Of a stretch of DNA of 54,786 bases, positions 8,931 to 20,475 are shown in pieces. A program made the translations under genes and the position numbers. The first letter of the stretch is position 1; each line of letters opens with the position of its first letter. Source of the stretch: a virus. Under the pieces are notes generated by a model. The model was not told the origin of the DNA. It made no database searches and saw only the letters and a list, made by a program, of their open reading frames with translations. The DNA is taken from positions 121,868-176,653 of IMG/VR virus record IMGVR_UViG_3300028534_000013, one strand, 5' to 3'.

Positions 8931-10100
8931 TTAAAATCTTAAATTTTCAAGATACTCTATATCCATTATGGTTTCATCGGTATATGCCAATCCTGAGCTT
9001 AAATCAATATCTGCTTTTTCGTTGTCTGTAGATATTAGTAAACCTTTTTCAGTTTCTGTATCACCGCAATTTGTAACAACTAAACCGTTATTAACGCTTA
9101 TGGCTCCGTACCAGTTAGTCACAAAATCAGAATATTCTTTCAATGTCATAATTTTATCTACAAAATCAATTTCTAAAATGTACCTATCGGAACCGTCTTT
9201 TAAAAGATAATACAGTATATCATTTGTGTTTCCAGGCAATACAATTTCTAAATATTCAAGTAAATTGATTTTATTAAGCAAAACCTCTTTTACATCTAAT
9301 TTTATTCCAAAAACCTTCATAGCAGTAACAACATCTTCTTCATTTGTGATAACCACTTGCTCGTCAGTAAACACTTTCTGAAAAAACGTATTGTCGGATA
9401 ATTCATTTACAAAACTAAAGTAACCGCTGTACATAAGTTTTGGAATATATGCAGTCATATGTCTCGACGAGTTTAAGTTGGCAAACAAAACAGGTTTGCC
9501 GTCAACATATTTTCCTTTTACTTTGTTTCTATCTATTCTTAAAAGAACATTTATGTCGCTATTTTTATAATATTCATCAAAAACATCAGTTTGGTATATT
9601 CTATCAAGCCTGATTAAAAAATTAGCTATTACCCCTTCTACAAAATCTGTTTCTGGTTCAAAAGTAAAAACAAATGGGCTGAAATTTACTTTTAATGTTG
9701 ATTTTAGCTTAAGTGCAACATCCCTTACGGAAACAGCAAATTTGAATGTAAGGGGAGTGTATAAAAAATCTCCAAATTGGAATTGATATATATTCAACTC
9801 TTTATTAAACGAAATTCCTTTCATTATATAAAACAGTCCGTCGACTTTCCCAAACAAATGTTTACATATTGCTTCTTGGTATGTACTATAAGGGCCATAA
9901 TAATCGTTTACTTCAAAGTCATACACATAATATGTGCCGTCCCACATATTTATTCCAAAAGCAAATTTGTCCACCAAAAAGACAAGTGATACGTCTTTAT
10001 CGTAAAACAAATCTTGTTTGTTAAAATTTTTATTAGTAAGATTAAATATTAAAACCCTATTTATAAATCCCGCATTTGACGGACCTATTGTCACAAACAT
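8931..10100 (-). CDS. Hypothetical protein (389 aa)
   Basis: Long ORF; TAATG coupling. Confidence 0.85.
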   Translation of the reverse strand: MFVTIGPSNAGFINRVLIFNLTNKNFNKQDLFYDKDVSLVFLVDKFAFGINMWDGTYYVYDFEVNDYYGPYSTYQEAICKHLFGKVDGLFYIMKGISFNKELNIYQFQFGDFLYTPLTFKFAVSVRDVALKLKSTLKVNFSPFVFTFEPETDFVEGVIANFLIRLDRIYQTDVFDEYYKNSDINVLLRIDRNKVKGKYVDGKPVLFANLNSSRHMTAYIPKLMYSGYFSFVNELSDNTFFQKVFTDEQVVITNEEDVVTAMKVFGIKLDVKEVLLNKINLLEYLEIVLPGNTNDILYYLLKDGSDRYILEIDFVDKIMTLKEYSDFVTNWYGAISVNNGLVVTNCGDTETEKGLLISTDNEKADIDLSSGLAYTDETIMDIEYLENLRF

Positions 10101-11983
10101 TAAACATCCTTTGTATGATAAATATTTATATACTCTGCATAGGCGTCATTAATGTCATTAATTGACACATTTCTGTCTATAACTTTTCCGTTGTATATAA
10201 TTTTATCATTTAAAATTAAATCTTCCAAACTCCTATCAGTTTTGATTAAAATCCTGTCATCAAAAGTGTGAATTTCTTCTATTTGATAGTATTGCCCATC
10301 AATAAATAAAACGCTACCCTCTTCTATGTTATTATCTACAGACAAAGGAATGTATTTGTCATATTTTTTAAACTCCAAATATGAAAGCTCTTTAAACGCA
10401 TCCGTTGAAAACAACTGCTCTTTATCAACCGGTTCAGTTATTGCGTTTTGGCCACTTAAATCATCAGAAGTTTCTGCAAACACAACAGTATTGTCTCTCT
10501 TGTCAAATCCTACAACAGTATATTCATTGCCGTTTACAGTTATTTTTTGCCCTATATAAATATTAGGCAGTGTATCCCCGATAACAAAAGATACGGAATC
10601 TATAAATTTATATTCAGGAACAGTAACCTGCGTCCCTTTAGATATTGCATCATTTGATATATCATTAACTATCAACAAATGTTTTTCATCATCCAAATAA
10701 TTAACCACACTTTCAAAAGAACCTATTGTTATTTTTCTCATATATAAAGAAAAATCAGGTATGTCTTGTATGTAAAATCTTCTGCTGTAAGGTTTCGTGT
10801 CAACAGCTGTAACAGTTTGAAACTTTTCTCTTTCTTGAGGCAAATCACAAAACACATAACCGTTCACGTAAGTTTCCTCTTCATCAGATAAAGGTTTTTC
10901 AAAAAACACTTTGTTATCTATTACAGCTATTATATCTCTCCATGCAAAAGCCGCTTTTTTAGTGGCGAATTTTATTCTGTGACCAGCCAACAAATAACCT
11001 GTGTTTTTGACAGTAATATAATTATCTCCTGCTTGAGATGCTTCAGTAATTACAGTTTCAACAGCAAAAGGGCTTCTTTTGTCTGTAAGATACATTTTAT
11101 CGTTAAAATTAAAATCTGGGTTTTTAATAAAATTATTATCACCAAAGATGCAATACTCATCGCACTTTTGCCCTTCAATATAATTATTATTATGTGCTAC
11201 TATATGTAAATCTATTTTATTAGCTGTTTTAATTGAAATATAATTATCTTTATTTGCCGCCACGAAAGTAAAAGGATAATAAATATTGCCGAACATATCC
11301 ACATATACTCTATTGTAAATTTCAACATTGTTATTAAAATTTAAAAAGGCTCTTTTTTTTGTATTGTTAAAAACAAATTTATTAAAACCTCCCAACGCCA
11401 TATCTGGACCAACAGTTCCAACATTTCCATTTGTACCATTTTTCCTTTTGGACAATTCACAGAAAAACAATCCGCAGTATTGTTTAGCTGCCTCGATAAG
11501 CTCTAACGGAGGTTCAAATGCAACAGGGTTTATAGCTACAAAACTATAATCACCGTCAAAAAAAACTATATCATTAAGCTGTTCACTGTCTATATCAATA
11601 AGGTTACCTTTTGAGTCTTTAAAAACAATTTTATTACCGTTTAAATATACATTTATTTTTCCATCACTTCCGCTTATAATAATATTTGAATACTTTTTTG
11701 GAGTTGTATTTACACTGAATTGGCGTCCGTTTATAGAGATAGGGATAATTGCCGTTTGAGTGTTCGTTACGTTGAGTCCAATTGAAAAAATAGAGCCAAC
11801 CGAATAATTTATTGAAGATAAGCCAACGTTTCTCCCGTCTACAATAAGATTCTTTCCCAGGCTATTTACCTCACAATTTTTAAATTGTATATTTTTTATT
11901 CTAAAAGAGTTTAATTTAAAAAAATTTACATGTTCAGGTATAGAATTGTCAGAATCTTTAAAAAAATTTCTATATGCTCCCAT
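10100..11983 (-). CDS. Probable virion structural protein with a LamG-like segment and repeated small beta-domains (627 aa)
   Basis: GKINVYLNG; repeats AGHRIKF, IGQKITVNGNEYTV, EGSVLFIDGQYYQI. Confidence 0.55.
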   Translation of the reverse strand: MGAYRNFFKDSDNSIPEHVNFFKLNSFRIKNIQFKNCEVNSLGKNLIVDGRNVGLSSINYSVGSIFSIGLNVTNTQTAIIPISINGRQFSVNTTPKKYSNIIISGSDGKINVYLNGNKIVFKDSKGNLIDIDSEQLNDIVFFDGDYSFVAINPVAFEPPLELIEAAKQYCGLFFCELSKRKNGTNGNVGTVGPDMALGGFNKFVFNNTKKRAFLNFNNNVEIYNRVYVDMFGNIYYPFTFVAANKDNYISIKTANKIDLHIVAHNNNYIEGQKCDEYCIFGDNNFIKNPDFNFNDKMYLTDKRSPFAVETVITEASQAGDNYITVKNTGYLLAGHRIKFATKKAAFAWRDIIAVIDNKVFFEKPLSDEEETYVNGYVFCDLPQEREKFQTVTAVDTKPYSRRFYIQDIPDFSLYMRKITIGSFESVVNYLDDEKHLLIVNDISNDAISKGTQVTVPEYKFIDSVSFVIGDTLPNIYIGQKITVNGNEYTVVGFDKRDNTVVFAETSDDLSGQNAITEPVDKEQLFSTDAFKELSYLEFKKYDKYIPLSVDNNIEEGSVLFIDGQYYQIEEIHTFDDRILIKTDRSLEDLILNDKIIYNGKVIDRNVSINDINDAYAEYINIYHTKDV

Positions 11984-11994
11984 TCCAGCTCCTA

Positions 11995-13902
11995 TTAATA
12001 TTTAATTTCATATGACAAGGCTTCAAAAAAACCTACATCGCTTACGTTTTTATAGTATACCCTGTAAAAAAGCCCCATAGAACCGTTTAATGGTTCAGAA
12101 ACAAATAGTGTACTTACAGGGAATTCAAGCGTTATATCTTTTCCGTCCAAGTTTTTATATTTTATCTGAGTATAATCACAACTTGTATCAGCTTTAAAAT
12201 AAGAACTCACACTGTTGAAAAACGACACAAACTCATCCGAATTCATAATGGAATCTTTATGTTTTGCGTATATTGCCCCTGTTGTAGGCTGGTACAATAC
12301 AGTAACTACAGTTAACTCTCCGTCTTCCATTAAGCCTATTCGTCCGAACGTGTCAACGCTAACTTTTTCTTTAGGCAGAGTTATTTGGAAATTATTAGGA
12401 TTTACATTTAACACACTGTTTTTCTCTATTATAGAATAGCTGTTCACATCTATTTTACTATACAAAACAGTCGCTTCTGCCGAATCTGCAACATAGTCAT
12501 AATTTTTTTTCTTAAACATATTGACTTTGCTTTTAGTGTTTGTCATCTCTACTTCAGGGTATGTTCTGTATCTGTAATAATATTTAGTTTCTGTTGACTG
12601 GTTTCCGTTTACTTTTCTATTATCTTGAATTTTATATCTCGTTACATCATCATATATATCCATCTCATAATAATTACTAGAATTCGTATAGTTATATGTA
12701 ACTGTTATTTGGGTGGTATCATCTTTATATTTTTTAACATTAAACAATGGATTTGAAAAAACGCCAACCCCTTTTCTTACGGCAGCGTGTAATTGAGTAG
12801 CAAAATCAGCATCATCATGTTTTAACACCACGTTATCCAAATTGTTAGTTTTAATAGTAATACTTTTACCTTTTTTTATGTAAAATTTAACTCCAGTCTC
12901 AATAGACGTGTCATCAGAATATACACAGCTGTCAGTATGAGCTTTTGCTTTGCTGTAAGTTAAATAAGCATAAGATGACCCTATATACGCATAAGATACA
13001 AAAAGAATATCACTGGCTTTAAAAAATCCATAATCATACATTCCTATGCCGTTCTCTTCATTTACTATTGAAGATATTAATCTAGATAAAATAAATTGAC
13101 TTATTTTCCCATCTCCCGTATGAAACATATTTTTTTCATTGGTGTCTAAATATTCCTCTCTATCAAAATCATATATAGATTCCATATTCACACCTACAGA
13201 AGTACCTTTCACAATATTTAAAACGGACCCATATTTATCTATTTGCACCCCATCAAAAACGATTTGTTTTTTTACAAGAATTTTATTTTCAACATCATAT
13301 TCATAATAATAGTCGTCCATAGGTTCATCGTCTAAAACGGAAACAGTTCTGTCTTTAGCCAACAGGTTATATACGTTAGCGCAAGTGCTTATATTTCTTA
13401 TAGTCACAGAACCTTTTGTAAAAGTAAAGCCGTCACTTTGAGACTCTCCGTCAATTGTGAGATTTCCGCTTGAATCAACTTCAACGGTAAACTGTTCCGG
13501 GGAAGTGAATGAGATAGTAAACTTATTGTCGCTAAACGACACTTCTAGTTCAACATAGTTATCATTACTTTCTTCTATGTTTAAAGCAAACAAATCCCCA
13601 AGTATTGAACTTTGAGAAAAAGTATTATCATGTATCACAAAATTTAAAGGAACATCCAGCTGTTTAGCGTATGTAAAATATAAAGATGAACCGTTTATCT
13701 CTCTAAGCTCAGAAGCATATATTGTGCCATCAACTTGTATAATAGCTTTATAACTTCCGCTATTTAACGCAATCTGTTGGTTTAAATCGTTTTTCAAAGT
13801 AACAGCATCACTGTTTGTAACTATTTTAAATTTAGATTTAATGCTGTCAGGTGAAAAAATAGTAGAAGGAATGTTGAAATTGTTTATATTGTAAATAACC
13901 AT
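11995..13902 (-). CDS. Probable virion structural protein, beta-rich (635 aa)
   Basis: FHTGDGKISQFIL resembles the GDG..F.L motif of tail/baseplate proteins; S/T/Y/N-rich. Confidence 0.5.
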   Translation of the reverse strand: MVIYNINNFNIPSTIFSPDSIKSKFKIVTNSDAVTLKNDLNQQIALNSGSYKAIIQVDGTIYASELREINGSSLYFTYAKQLDVPLNFVIHDNTFSQSSILGDLFALNIEESNDNYVELEVSFSDNKFTISFTSPEQFTVEVDSSGNLTIDGESQSDGFTFTKGSVTIRNISTCANVYNLLAKDRTVSVLDDEPMDDYYYEYDVENKILVKKQIVFDGVQIDKYGSVLNIVKGTSVGVNMESIYDFDREEYLDTNEKNMFHTGDGKISQFILSRLISSIVNEENGIGMYDYGFFKASDILFVSYAYIGSSYAYLTYSKAKAHTDSCVYSDDTSIETGVKFYIKKGKSITIKTNNLDNVVLKHDDADFATQLHAAVRKGVGVFSNPLFNVKKYKDDTTQITVTYNYTNSSNYYEMDIYDDVTRYKIQDNRKVNGNQSTETKYYYRYRTYPEVEMTNTKSKVNMFKKKNYDYVADSAEATVLYSKIDVNSYSIIEKNSVLNVNPNNFQITLPKEKVSVDTFGRIGLMEDGELTVVTVLYQPTTGAIYAKHKDSIMNSDEFVSFFNSVSSYFKADTSCDYTQIKYKNLDGKDITLEFPVSTLFVSEPLNGSMGLFYRVYYKNVSDVGFFEALSYEIKY

Positions 13903-13911
13903 TGTTCACCT

Positions 13912-16482
13912 TTAATAAACTGTTATAATTCTTGCCGCTTCAAAAGGGAGTTTGTATATTTTGCTATCGTTGCTTACTTTAGCCAAATCAAAACATCCGT
14001 CATATGAAATCTTATTGAAGCACTCTTCTATTGAGATTATGCCATAAATTTCATTTCCATACCAGCTCTCAATACAAATTACTGAATTGTTCGTAAATTC
14101 CGTATTCACATCACTATCGCTGAAACTGTTTGAATTGTTGTCTCTAATAATATAAACGTTGTTGCCGTCATTAAATAATATTTCTCCGTTTAAAGCCACT
14201 GTATCATTTTCTATAAAATAATCAATAACGTTTAAATCAAAAGCGATATATTTGCCGCTTATTTCATCTTTTTTATAAAACACGTTTCCGTAGGAATCGT
14301 CCAAGCCTAAACTTTTGCCGTCCGCAGTTTTTCTTTCGCCCAACACATCATAGTAAACATATTCTCCGTCTTGAATTGAAAGCTCAATATTTCTATTTTG
14401 TCCATCTACTAAATATGATATATTTACTTTTCCATCAACAACGGATACGTTTTTAACGTCTACTCCGTAAGAGCCAAAAATACCTCTGAATTTTTCAACC
14501 AATATTTTCTCACTATATTTATAGGCCCCTGCTATTTGATTTGTTTTGGTATTAAATCCCACTCCTTTAGGTGTTTGAAAGAAACCATCTTTACCTGAAA
14601 ATACAGGAGACTGTAAGGAATTATATACTATATAAGGAAACAAGTTTAAATCTTTGTCAACATCAATTCCAAAACCTTCGTCTTTAACCATATATTGTTT
14701 AACACAATTTTCTCTTATCATTTTTTTTAGTTTTTCTTCGTTTACGCTATCTACATATAAAGACATACTTTCAACACCGTCTAAAGTTCTTGAAGAATCT
14801 TGATTTTTTAAATCCAAATAATACAGATAGTCTTTTTTGTCATTTAAAACAAAAGCGAATTCCCTGTCCATATATGTTAATTTAACAACGGCGGACAAAT
14901 AATAACAGTCACGTTCAATGTCTTCCATTAAATAATCATACGGTTCGGTATGTTTTATTAAAAGCATGTATGTATAATATACATCCGGTGTCACAGGATT
15001 AAACTCAACTTTTAAAGGCGGTGTTTTTAATGATATACCAAAAAGATTGTTAACACCGTCGGCTGAAAATATTTGCTCAGTTCCGTCTGCAAGTATTTCC
15101 TCTGAATTTGAAATATCAGAAAAAGCCATTTCATCAAGTTCATACACATTTTGTAAAGTGATAGTTTTTTTAGAATAATCTATATTTTTTAAAGCGTAAT
15201 TAGGCAATAGCCCCACAGAATCATCAATCATTCTTAAAACAGGGATAAGCATAGAAAACTGTTCTTTCACAATATATCTCAGATAATCAACACTTAGTGA
15301 AACAAATTTTTTAATATTAGAACCTGTAACATATCCTGGATGCTCAACATCCACAAGTTCTTGCGCCAAAGGAAGAAATTCTCCATCAAACAAAACATAC
15401 CCGTAATCGTTTAATTTATATGGTGTTTTTGCTTCTATTGTTTTCAATATGTTAACAATAGGTATTCTTGCTTCAATGCTATGATTATATCTGTTCCCAA
15501 ATTGGTCTTTTGTGTTCTTTAACCATATTTTTAATTCAGGGACGCCCTTTCTGTTTAAAATTATTTTTGCATTTGTTTTTCCAACAATTCTTTGGTCGGT
15601 TTCCAAATCATACACCATTAAACTGTGATGTTTCACAACATTGAAAGCGTTTGCAATCTCTGTATACAAATTGTTGTCCCTGATTATGTTAAAAATATAT
15701 TGAATATACTCCATGTTATATACATTTTTAAAAAAATGCTGCAAAGAATGCTTAATTCCGTTTTCACTAATAAGTCCGTTTATGTATTGATACTTATCCC
15801 CTAATGCCGTCGTTAAAACATTATCTTGAATAAACATTTTATGTGTTTCAAAAGTTTGCCTAAAAAGATAATGGTTTTTAAATCCTTTAGGATGTAATAT
15901 GGCTATTTGATAATCTTTATCGTCAAATCTTACATCAAATACATAATAATTTCCATATATAAAAGAAGGTGTTATTTTTATTCTGTTCATATACAATGTC
16001 GGCATATTTTCATATTGATGATAATCAAACCTATTACCGTTAACAATGAAACTTATTATCTCCATTTCATCATTAAATTCAAACTGAGTCATTTTGATAA
16101 GCGAGTCTTTGTTTTGTGAAAACAGCTTTGATTTTATTTCCCATTTTTCCACATCTGTTGCTTTAAGCGTATTGTTTACAAGCTTTATTATGTCATCAAA
16201 TGTTAAAATAGCTACCACATAATTTCCATCAAGAGTATATTCGTTTTTGCTTCTTGTGACTTCTTCATATTCGGTAGTTTTATTTGTTTTCAAATATACA
16301 TATTTAGGCTGGTCAAACTCATTTAAAACCACCCTTATTTGGAAATAATCGTTTAAGTTATATTGAAATTCCACTTCCAGAGTTCTTGTTGTGTAATTAT
16401 AAATAGGTTTCATATCTGTAATGGTTATTGTAGATTCTTCTAAAAGAGAATCTGGGGTATTAATAAAAATTAATGGTATCAT
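13912..16482 (-). CDS. Large hypothetical protein (856 aa)
   Basis: Long ORF; ATGA coupling; GGAGG RBS. Confidence 0.85.
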   Translation of the reverse strand: MIPLIFINTPDSLLEESTITITDMKPIYNYTTRTLEVEFQYNLNDYFQIRVVLNEFDQPKYVYLKTNKTTEYEEVTRSKNEYTLDGNYVVAILTFDDIIKLVNNTLKATDVEKWEIKSKLFSQNKDSLIKMTQFEFNDEMEIISFIVNGNRFDYHQYENMPTLYMNRIKITPSFIYGNYYVFDVRFDDKDYQIAILHPKGFKNHYLFRQTFETHKMFIQDNVLTTALGDKYQYINGLISENGIKHSLQHFFKNVYNMEYIQYIFNIIRDNNLYTEIANAFNVVKHHSLMVYDLETDQRIVGKTNAKIILNRKGVPELKIWLKNTKDQFGNRYNHSIEARIPIVNILKTIEAKTPYKLNDYGYVLFDGEFLPLAQELVDVEHPGYVTGSNIKKFVSLSVDYLRYIVKEQFSMLIPVLRMIDDSVGLLPNYALKNIDYSKKTITLQNVYELDEMAFSDISNSEEILADGTEQIFSADGVNNLFGISLKTPPLKVEFNPVTPDVYYTYMLLIKHTEPYDYLMEDIERDCYYLSAVVKLTYMDREFAFVLNDKKDYLYYLDLKNQDSSRTLDGVESMSLYVDSVNEEKLKKMIRENCVKQYMVKDEGFGIDVDKDLNLFPYIVYNSLQSPVFSGKDGFFQTPKGVGFNTKTNQIAGAYKYSEKILVEKFRGIFGSYGVDVKNVSVVDGKVNISYLVDGQNRNIELSIQDGEYVYYDVLGERKTADGKSLGLDDSYGNVFYKKDEISGKYIAFDLNVIDYFIENDTVALNGEILFNDGNNVYIIRDNNSNSFSDSDVNTEFTNNSVICIESWYGNEIYGIISIEECFNKISYDGCFDLAKVSNDSKIYKLPFEAARIITVY

Positions 16483-19400
16483 AGGGTTCCTCCGTTAAAT
16501 TCAAGAATATTTACAGATACTTCTTTTAAAGAAGCTTCTCTGGTTCCATTAAATAAATCGTCTATACTTATAATTGTTTCTATATTTGAAACATGATTTC
16601 CTATTTTTTTATAAATTTGCAAACCGTCCCCGTTTAGGCTTATATATACGGTTTCATTATTGTATTCAAAAAACTTGGTTTCAGCAAACTCTAAAAACAA
16701 ATATTCTACTTTATCGAAGAAATTTACTTTAAGGCCAACACTTCTTAAAAATTTATCGTTATGCTTTAAAGGAATAAATTTTTTTATTTTAAAAGGAATA
16801 ATATTAAAAGCATTATACGAAGTGCTTTCTACAGGCATATTTATTAAAGACAACAGCGGAATAGAAATTGTTTGGCCATTCTTCTTGAGATATAAATTAT
16901 TTTCGTCATAATCCACATCTATTGAAATTTTAACTTCTTTTGATTTTTCGTTTCCTTCTTGATACGTTCCAAGATTTACAACTTCTGATACTTTTTCGTT
17001 TTTAACCATATCAACAAAAAAACTGTTGTTTAAGTAATTTACAGCCACCCCTATTAATTTGAAATCTGTTTCTACCGGGTTAAACTGAGGAGAATATAAA
17101 TATTTGCTTTGAATATCATCTAAAAACTCATTTGATTCGCTGACAACTTTATACTCGCCTAACGTTTTGTATTTGAACCCTTCAAGATAATTCACATTAT
17201 AATGAATGAGAGCATCTAACATTGATACTACAAACGAATAGTCAGTAATCACCGTATCGTCGTCAATATCAATATATATTTTTTTTGTTAGATAATTGTA
17301 ATATATTCCAAAAACTTTTTGACCGTTTAAAACAATCTCATATCCATTGGTGTAATTATAACCTCCGACAGTTACGTTTTCCACATAATCATACTCAAAT
17401 TCAACAACATCATTAAACCCGTATTTTTTACATTCTATTCCCAATATTCTATATCCTGATTTAGTAAACAATGAGCTAAAATCTTTCAAAACAGAGGTGT
17501 TAATCACCATATAGGTGCTATGATTTATTTTTATTTTAACTATACTATTTAATACATCTAAAGCATTATTCAACAACACTTTACTCATTTCTTCTTTTGC
17601 AGCGCTGGACATTATTCCAGACACCCCGAAATTACCGTATAAGTTTTTCTTAAATATATTAGGAAACACAAACCTGTTTTTAACATCTTCTTTTATAGGC
17701 TGAAATAAAAATTCCACAGGATATTTTATGTAATCTGAGTATTTTGGGAACGTTACTGATGCGCTATCCAACAAATGAGACATTATATAATTAAGTGCAG
17801 GATTTTGAATAAGCAAATCAGAGTCTATAGATTTTCCTGTGGCGATAGCCAATAAAAGCTGTTTTGCTATTTCAGATTCTTGTTGCACATCGTTAGAGTA
17901 TCCGAAAAATACTTTTTTTGAATATATAAACCTATTTTCACCATCTGTATCTAAAAGATATTTTTTAACTTCTCCGTCTATATAGGTTGTTATTTTAGGA
18001 TTGTCTATTTCTTCCGCCCTATAAAAATCAGAGCCGCAAAAATACCATTTACCGTCAAGAGTCATTCCCACGTTTGTGGTTGCAATAACTTCTTTTTCTG
18101 GAGTGTAAGCATATACTACTTTTTTCAGCCTTTTAAGAGCCTCGTTTAACGCTATTTCATACCCTAAATCATCAAGATGATATTTAACGGAATATGTAAA
18201 ATCATTGTTTTCAGAGTTTCCTATTTCAGTAACATTCCAAACATCTCCGCTCGGGGACAATTGGGCTATATCTGCAGTGGATACGTTTATATCATAATCA
18301 AGAAACTTATAAGAGCTGACAGCTTTTTTTTGCTCTCTTAAATAATACTCTATAATAGAATCGAGCTCTCTGTTAAAAGACTTAAAAATATATCCGGCAA
18401 AAGATTTTCTGTTTTTATTCTCACATATATCAAAAGCATCGACTAAGAATATCTCATCTGTAAACTTTTCATTTTTAAGTAAATACGGAAGTGCTGCAAA
18501 TTTTGGTTTGTCTTTTATTAGCGGCTCTATTTTTATTTTTCTGTTTTTATTTTCAAATTCTGAATAATCTGCTATGGTGGCGATACTGACAACAACCGAT
18601 TCCATGTATTCAGACACTACATCGTTAAATATCTTTTGTCTTGAAACTTGAGTAATTATATTTTCTGTACCTTCAAACGAATAATCTAGAGTGTATTGAT
18701 TCTCGTTCAAAGCAAGCAATGTAGAGATTTTGTTACTTTTTACAAACAAATCAAACAATCCGCCAGATGTTATATTGTACAGTTTTTTAGTGGAAACAAT
18801 ATTCATTTCCCCAAATTCGCTGCTTATATTGATTTGAATATCTTTTTCTTTGTTAAAAATAAATTTTTTAACTTTCTCTATATTAGAAACTTCAGTAAAA
18901 GGCGTAATTACAAAAAATTTAGACAAGTCATCGCCTAAAATATCAAGACCGGCTGATTTTAAATAAAATTCATATGGTTTATACTGAATATAGTCTCTCT
19001 GTTTAATGTATTCTTCCGGATTGGAAGTGGAGATAGTGTCATTTGTATAATGAATAGGGTTTGAATACAATGTGTAAGTTAATTCTTTCTGAGATATAGC
19101 GTTAGGAATAGAAATAGTTTGTCCCGGTCTTAAAATTAAAGGGTCCAACTCTGTTATTTTTCTGGTATATTCTTTTATTCCATAAGGAAGCGTTTTTACA
19201 TCATAATCACTACTTCTAACCCCTATTTTTACAACTAGGTCATTTTTGTTTGTTATTATTGTTTCTTCCGATTTTTGAATTACAATTATATTATTAAGAA
19301 TATTAGAAGCTCCAACCTCAGAAATTCTTTCAACATATTCGTTATATTTAAGAGGCCTTATGGTGCCGGCATAAAAACCTACTTTAGCTTTACCTGAACT

Positions 19401-19856
19401 TTGGTCTGTAAACACGAACACATAACCGTCAGAAGTGGCAGACATGTTTTCAACAGGCATATCTTGAACATAAATTATTTTATCAAACACTAAGCCGCCT
19501 ATGCCGTTAATACCACTTAAATCAACACCAAAAAGATTTTTGTACATTTCAACACTATTGTTATCCTTAACTGTTGATGGCAGTGTTAACAATTTTGCTT
19601 TAAGTTGTCTCTTATCGAAAGAAATATCATTCTTATAATAAAAAAATGAAGCGTCTCCATCCAAAGAAAACTTATTCAATTGGGGTGAATAAGCTTGCAC
19701 TTTGTTTCCTATAAGAAGAACCGTAACCTCTATAGGCAACAACGATGTTTTTGTAAGTCTCGTAAAATAATATGTAATCGCCGGTATTCCGTTTACGTTA
19801 AATTCTTTTTTTGATACAAACTTAATAGAGCCGTCAAATATTTTTATCTCATTCAT
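16479..19856 (-). CDS. Large hypothetical protein (1125 aa)
   Basis: Long ORF; overlaps both neighbours. Confidence 0.85.
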   Translation of the reverse strand: MNEIKIFDGSIKFVSKKEFNVNGIPAITYYFTRLTKTSLLPIEVTVLLIGNKVQAYSPQLNKFSLDGDASFFYYKNDISFDKRQLKAKLLTLPSTVKDNNSVEMYKNLFGVDLSGINGIGGLVFDKIIYVQDMPVENMSATSDGYVFVFTDQSSGKAKVGFYAGTIRPLKYNEYVERISEVGASNILNNIIVIQKSEETIITNKNDLVVKIGVRSSDYDVKTLPYGIKEYTRKITELDPLILRPGQTISIPNAISQKELTYTLYSNPIHYTNDTISTSNPEEYIKQRDYIQYKPYEFYLKSAGLDILGDDLSKFFVITPFTEVSNIEKVKKFIFNKEKDIQINISSEFGEMNIVSTKKLYNITSGGLFDLFVKSNKISTLLALNENQYTLDYSFEGTENIITQVSRQKIFNDVVSEYMESVVVSIATIADYSEFENKNRKIKIEPLIKDKPKFAALPYLLKNEKFTDEIFLVDAFDICENKNRKSFAGYIFKSFNRELDSIIEYYLREQKKAVSSYKFLDYDINVSTADIAQLSPSGDVWNVTEIGNSENNDFTYSVKYHLDDLGYEIALNEALKRLKKVVYAYTPEKEVIATTNVGMTLDGKWYFCGSDFYRAEEIDNPKITTYIDGEVKKYLLDTDGENRFIYSKKVFFGYSNDVQQESEIAKQLLLAIATGKSIDSDLLIQNPALNYIMSHLLDSASVTFPKYSDYIKYPVEFLFQPIKEDVKNRFVFPNIFKKNLYGNFGVSGIMSSAAKEEMSKVLLNNALDVLNSIVKIKINHSTYMVINTSVLKDFSSLFTKSGYRILGIECKKYGFNDVVEFEYDYVENVTVGGYNYTNGYEIVLNGQKVFGIYYNYLTKKIYIDIDDDTVITDYSFVVSMLDALIHYNVNYLEGFKYKTLGEYKVVSESNEFLDDIQSKYLYSPQFNPVETDFKLIGVAVNYLNNSFFVDMVKNEKVSEVVNLGTYQEGNEKSKEVKISIDVDYDENNLYLKKNGQTISIPLLSLINMPVESTSYNAFNIIPFKIKKFIPLKHNDKFLRSVGLKVNFFDKVEYLFLEFAETKFFEYNNETVYISLNGDGLQIYKKIGNHVSNIETIISIDDLFNGTREASLKEVSVNILEFNGGTL

Positions 19857-20475
19857 CTATATTCCTTATAAAATAATTAGGTCTTTGCGTATATGTAAAT
19901 AAATTTGAAGATAGATGGGCGGAAGCGTCTTCTATCTTAGAAAAATTAAAATCTATTATACCGTAAAATGCTGAAACTAAAGTATGCTTGCTTTTAATAT
20001 ACATGCAAGTATTGAAATCTTTTACAGGCAAATGTAATTCTGACATAGGAACTATAATCCCTTCATACAAAGCGGCAATTTTTTTGGCTGAATTTAAAAT
20101 CCCAACTGTATTTATATTTAAAGAATAATATTTCAAGGGAATCTTACTGTATTCTCTATTACCTTCAATGTTTTCTACATAAACAACCTCTTCATTTAGG
20201 TTGTCGAACAAAATATAATTCCTCCTGTCAATTTCTCCGTTCACATATTCGCACACTCCTATTTCAGCCGGGTTTCCACCTTCACATGAAACAGTAAAAG
20301 CTTTTGCTTTTCCATCTTCATAGTTGAATGTCAACAATTCCATGTTTTGAATTTCTTTTGGTTTAAAAAGAACAATCATTTCTTTGTCTTCATCTGGAAC
20401 TATGCCTTTGCCAGAAACAAAAGAGCCGTTTATTACTTCAATGTCAAAATTATTAAATAAATCATTCATTTTCAC
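19849..20475 (-). CDS. Hypothetical protein (about 208 aa)
   Basis: ORF overlapping both neighbours; AAGGA RBS. Confidence 0.8.
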   Translation of the reverse strand: MKMNDLFNNFDIEVINGSFVSGKGIVPDEDKEMIVLFKPKEIQNMELLTFNYEDGKAKAFTVSCEGGNPAEIGVCEYVNGEIDRRNYILFDNLNEEVVYVENIEGNREYSKIPLKYYSLNINTVGILNSAKKIAALYEGIIVPMSELHLPVKDFNTCMYIKSKHTLVSAFYGIIDFNFSKIEDASAHLSSNLFTYTQRPNYFIRNIDE

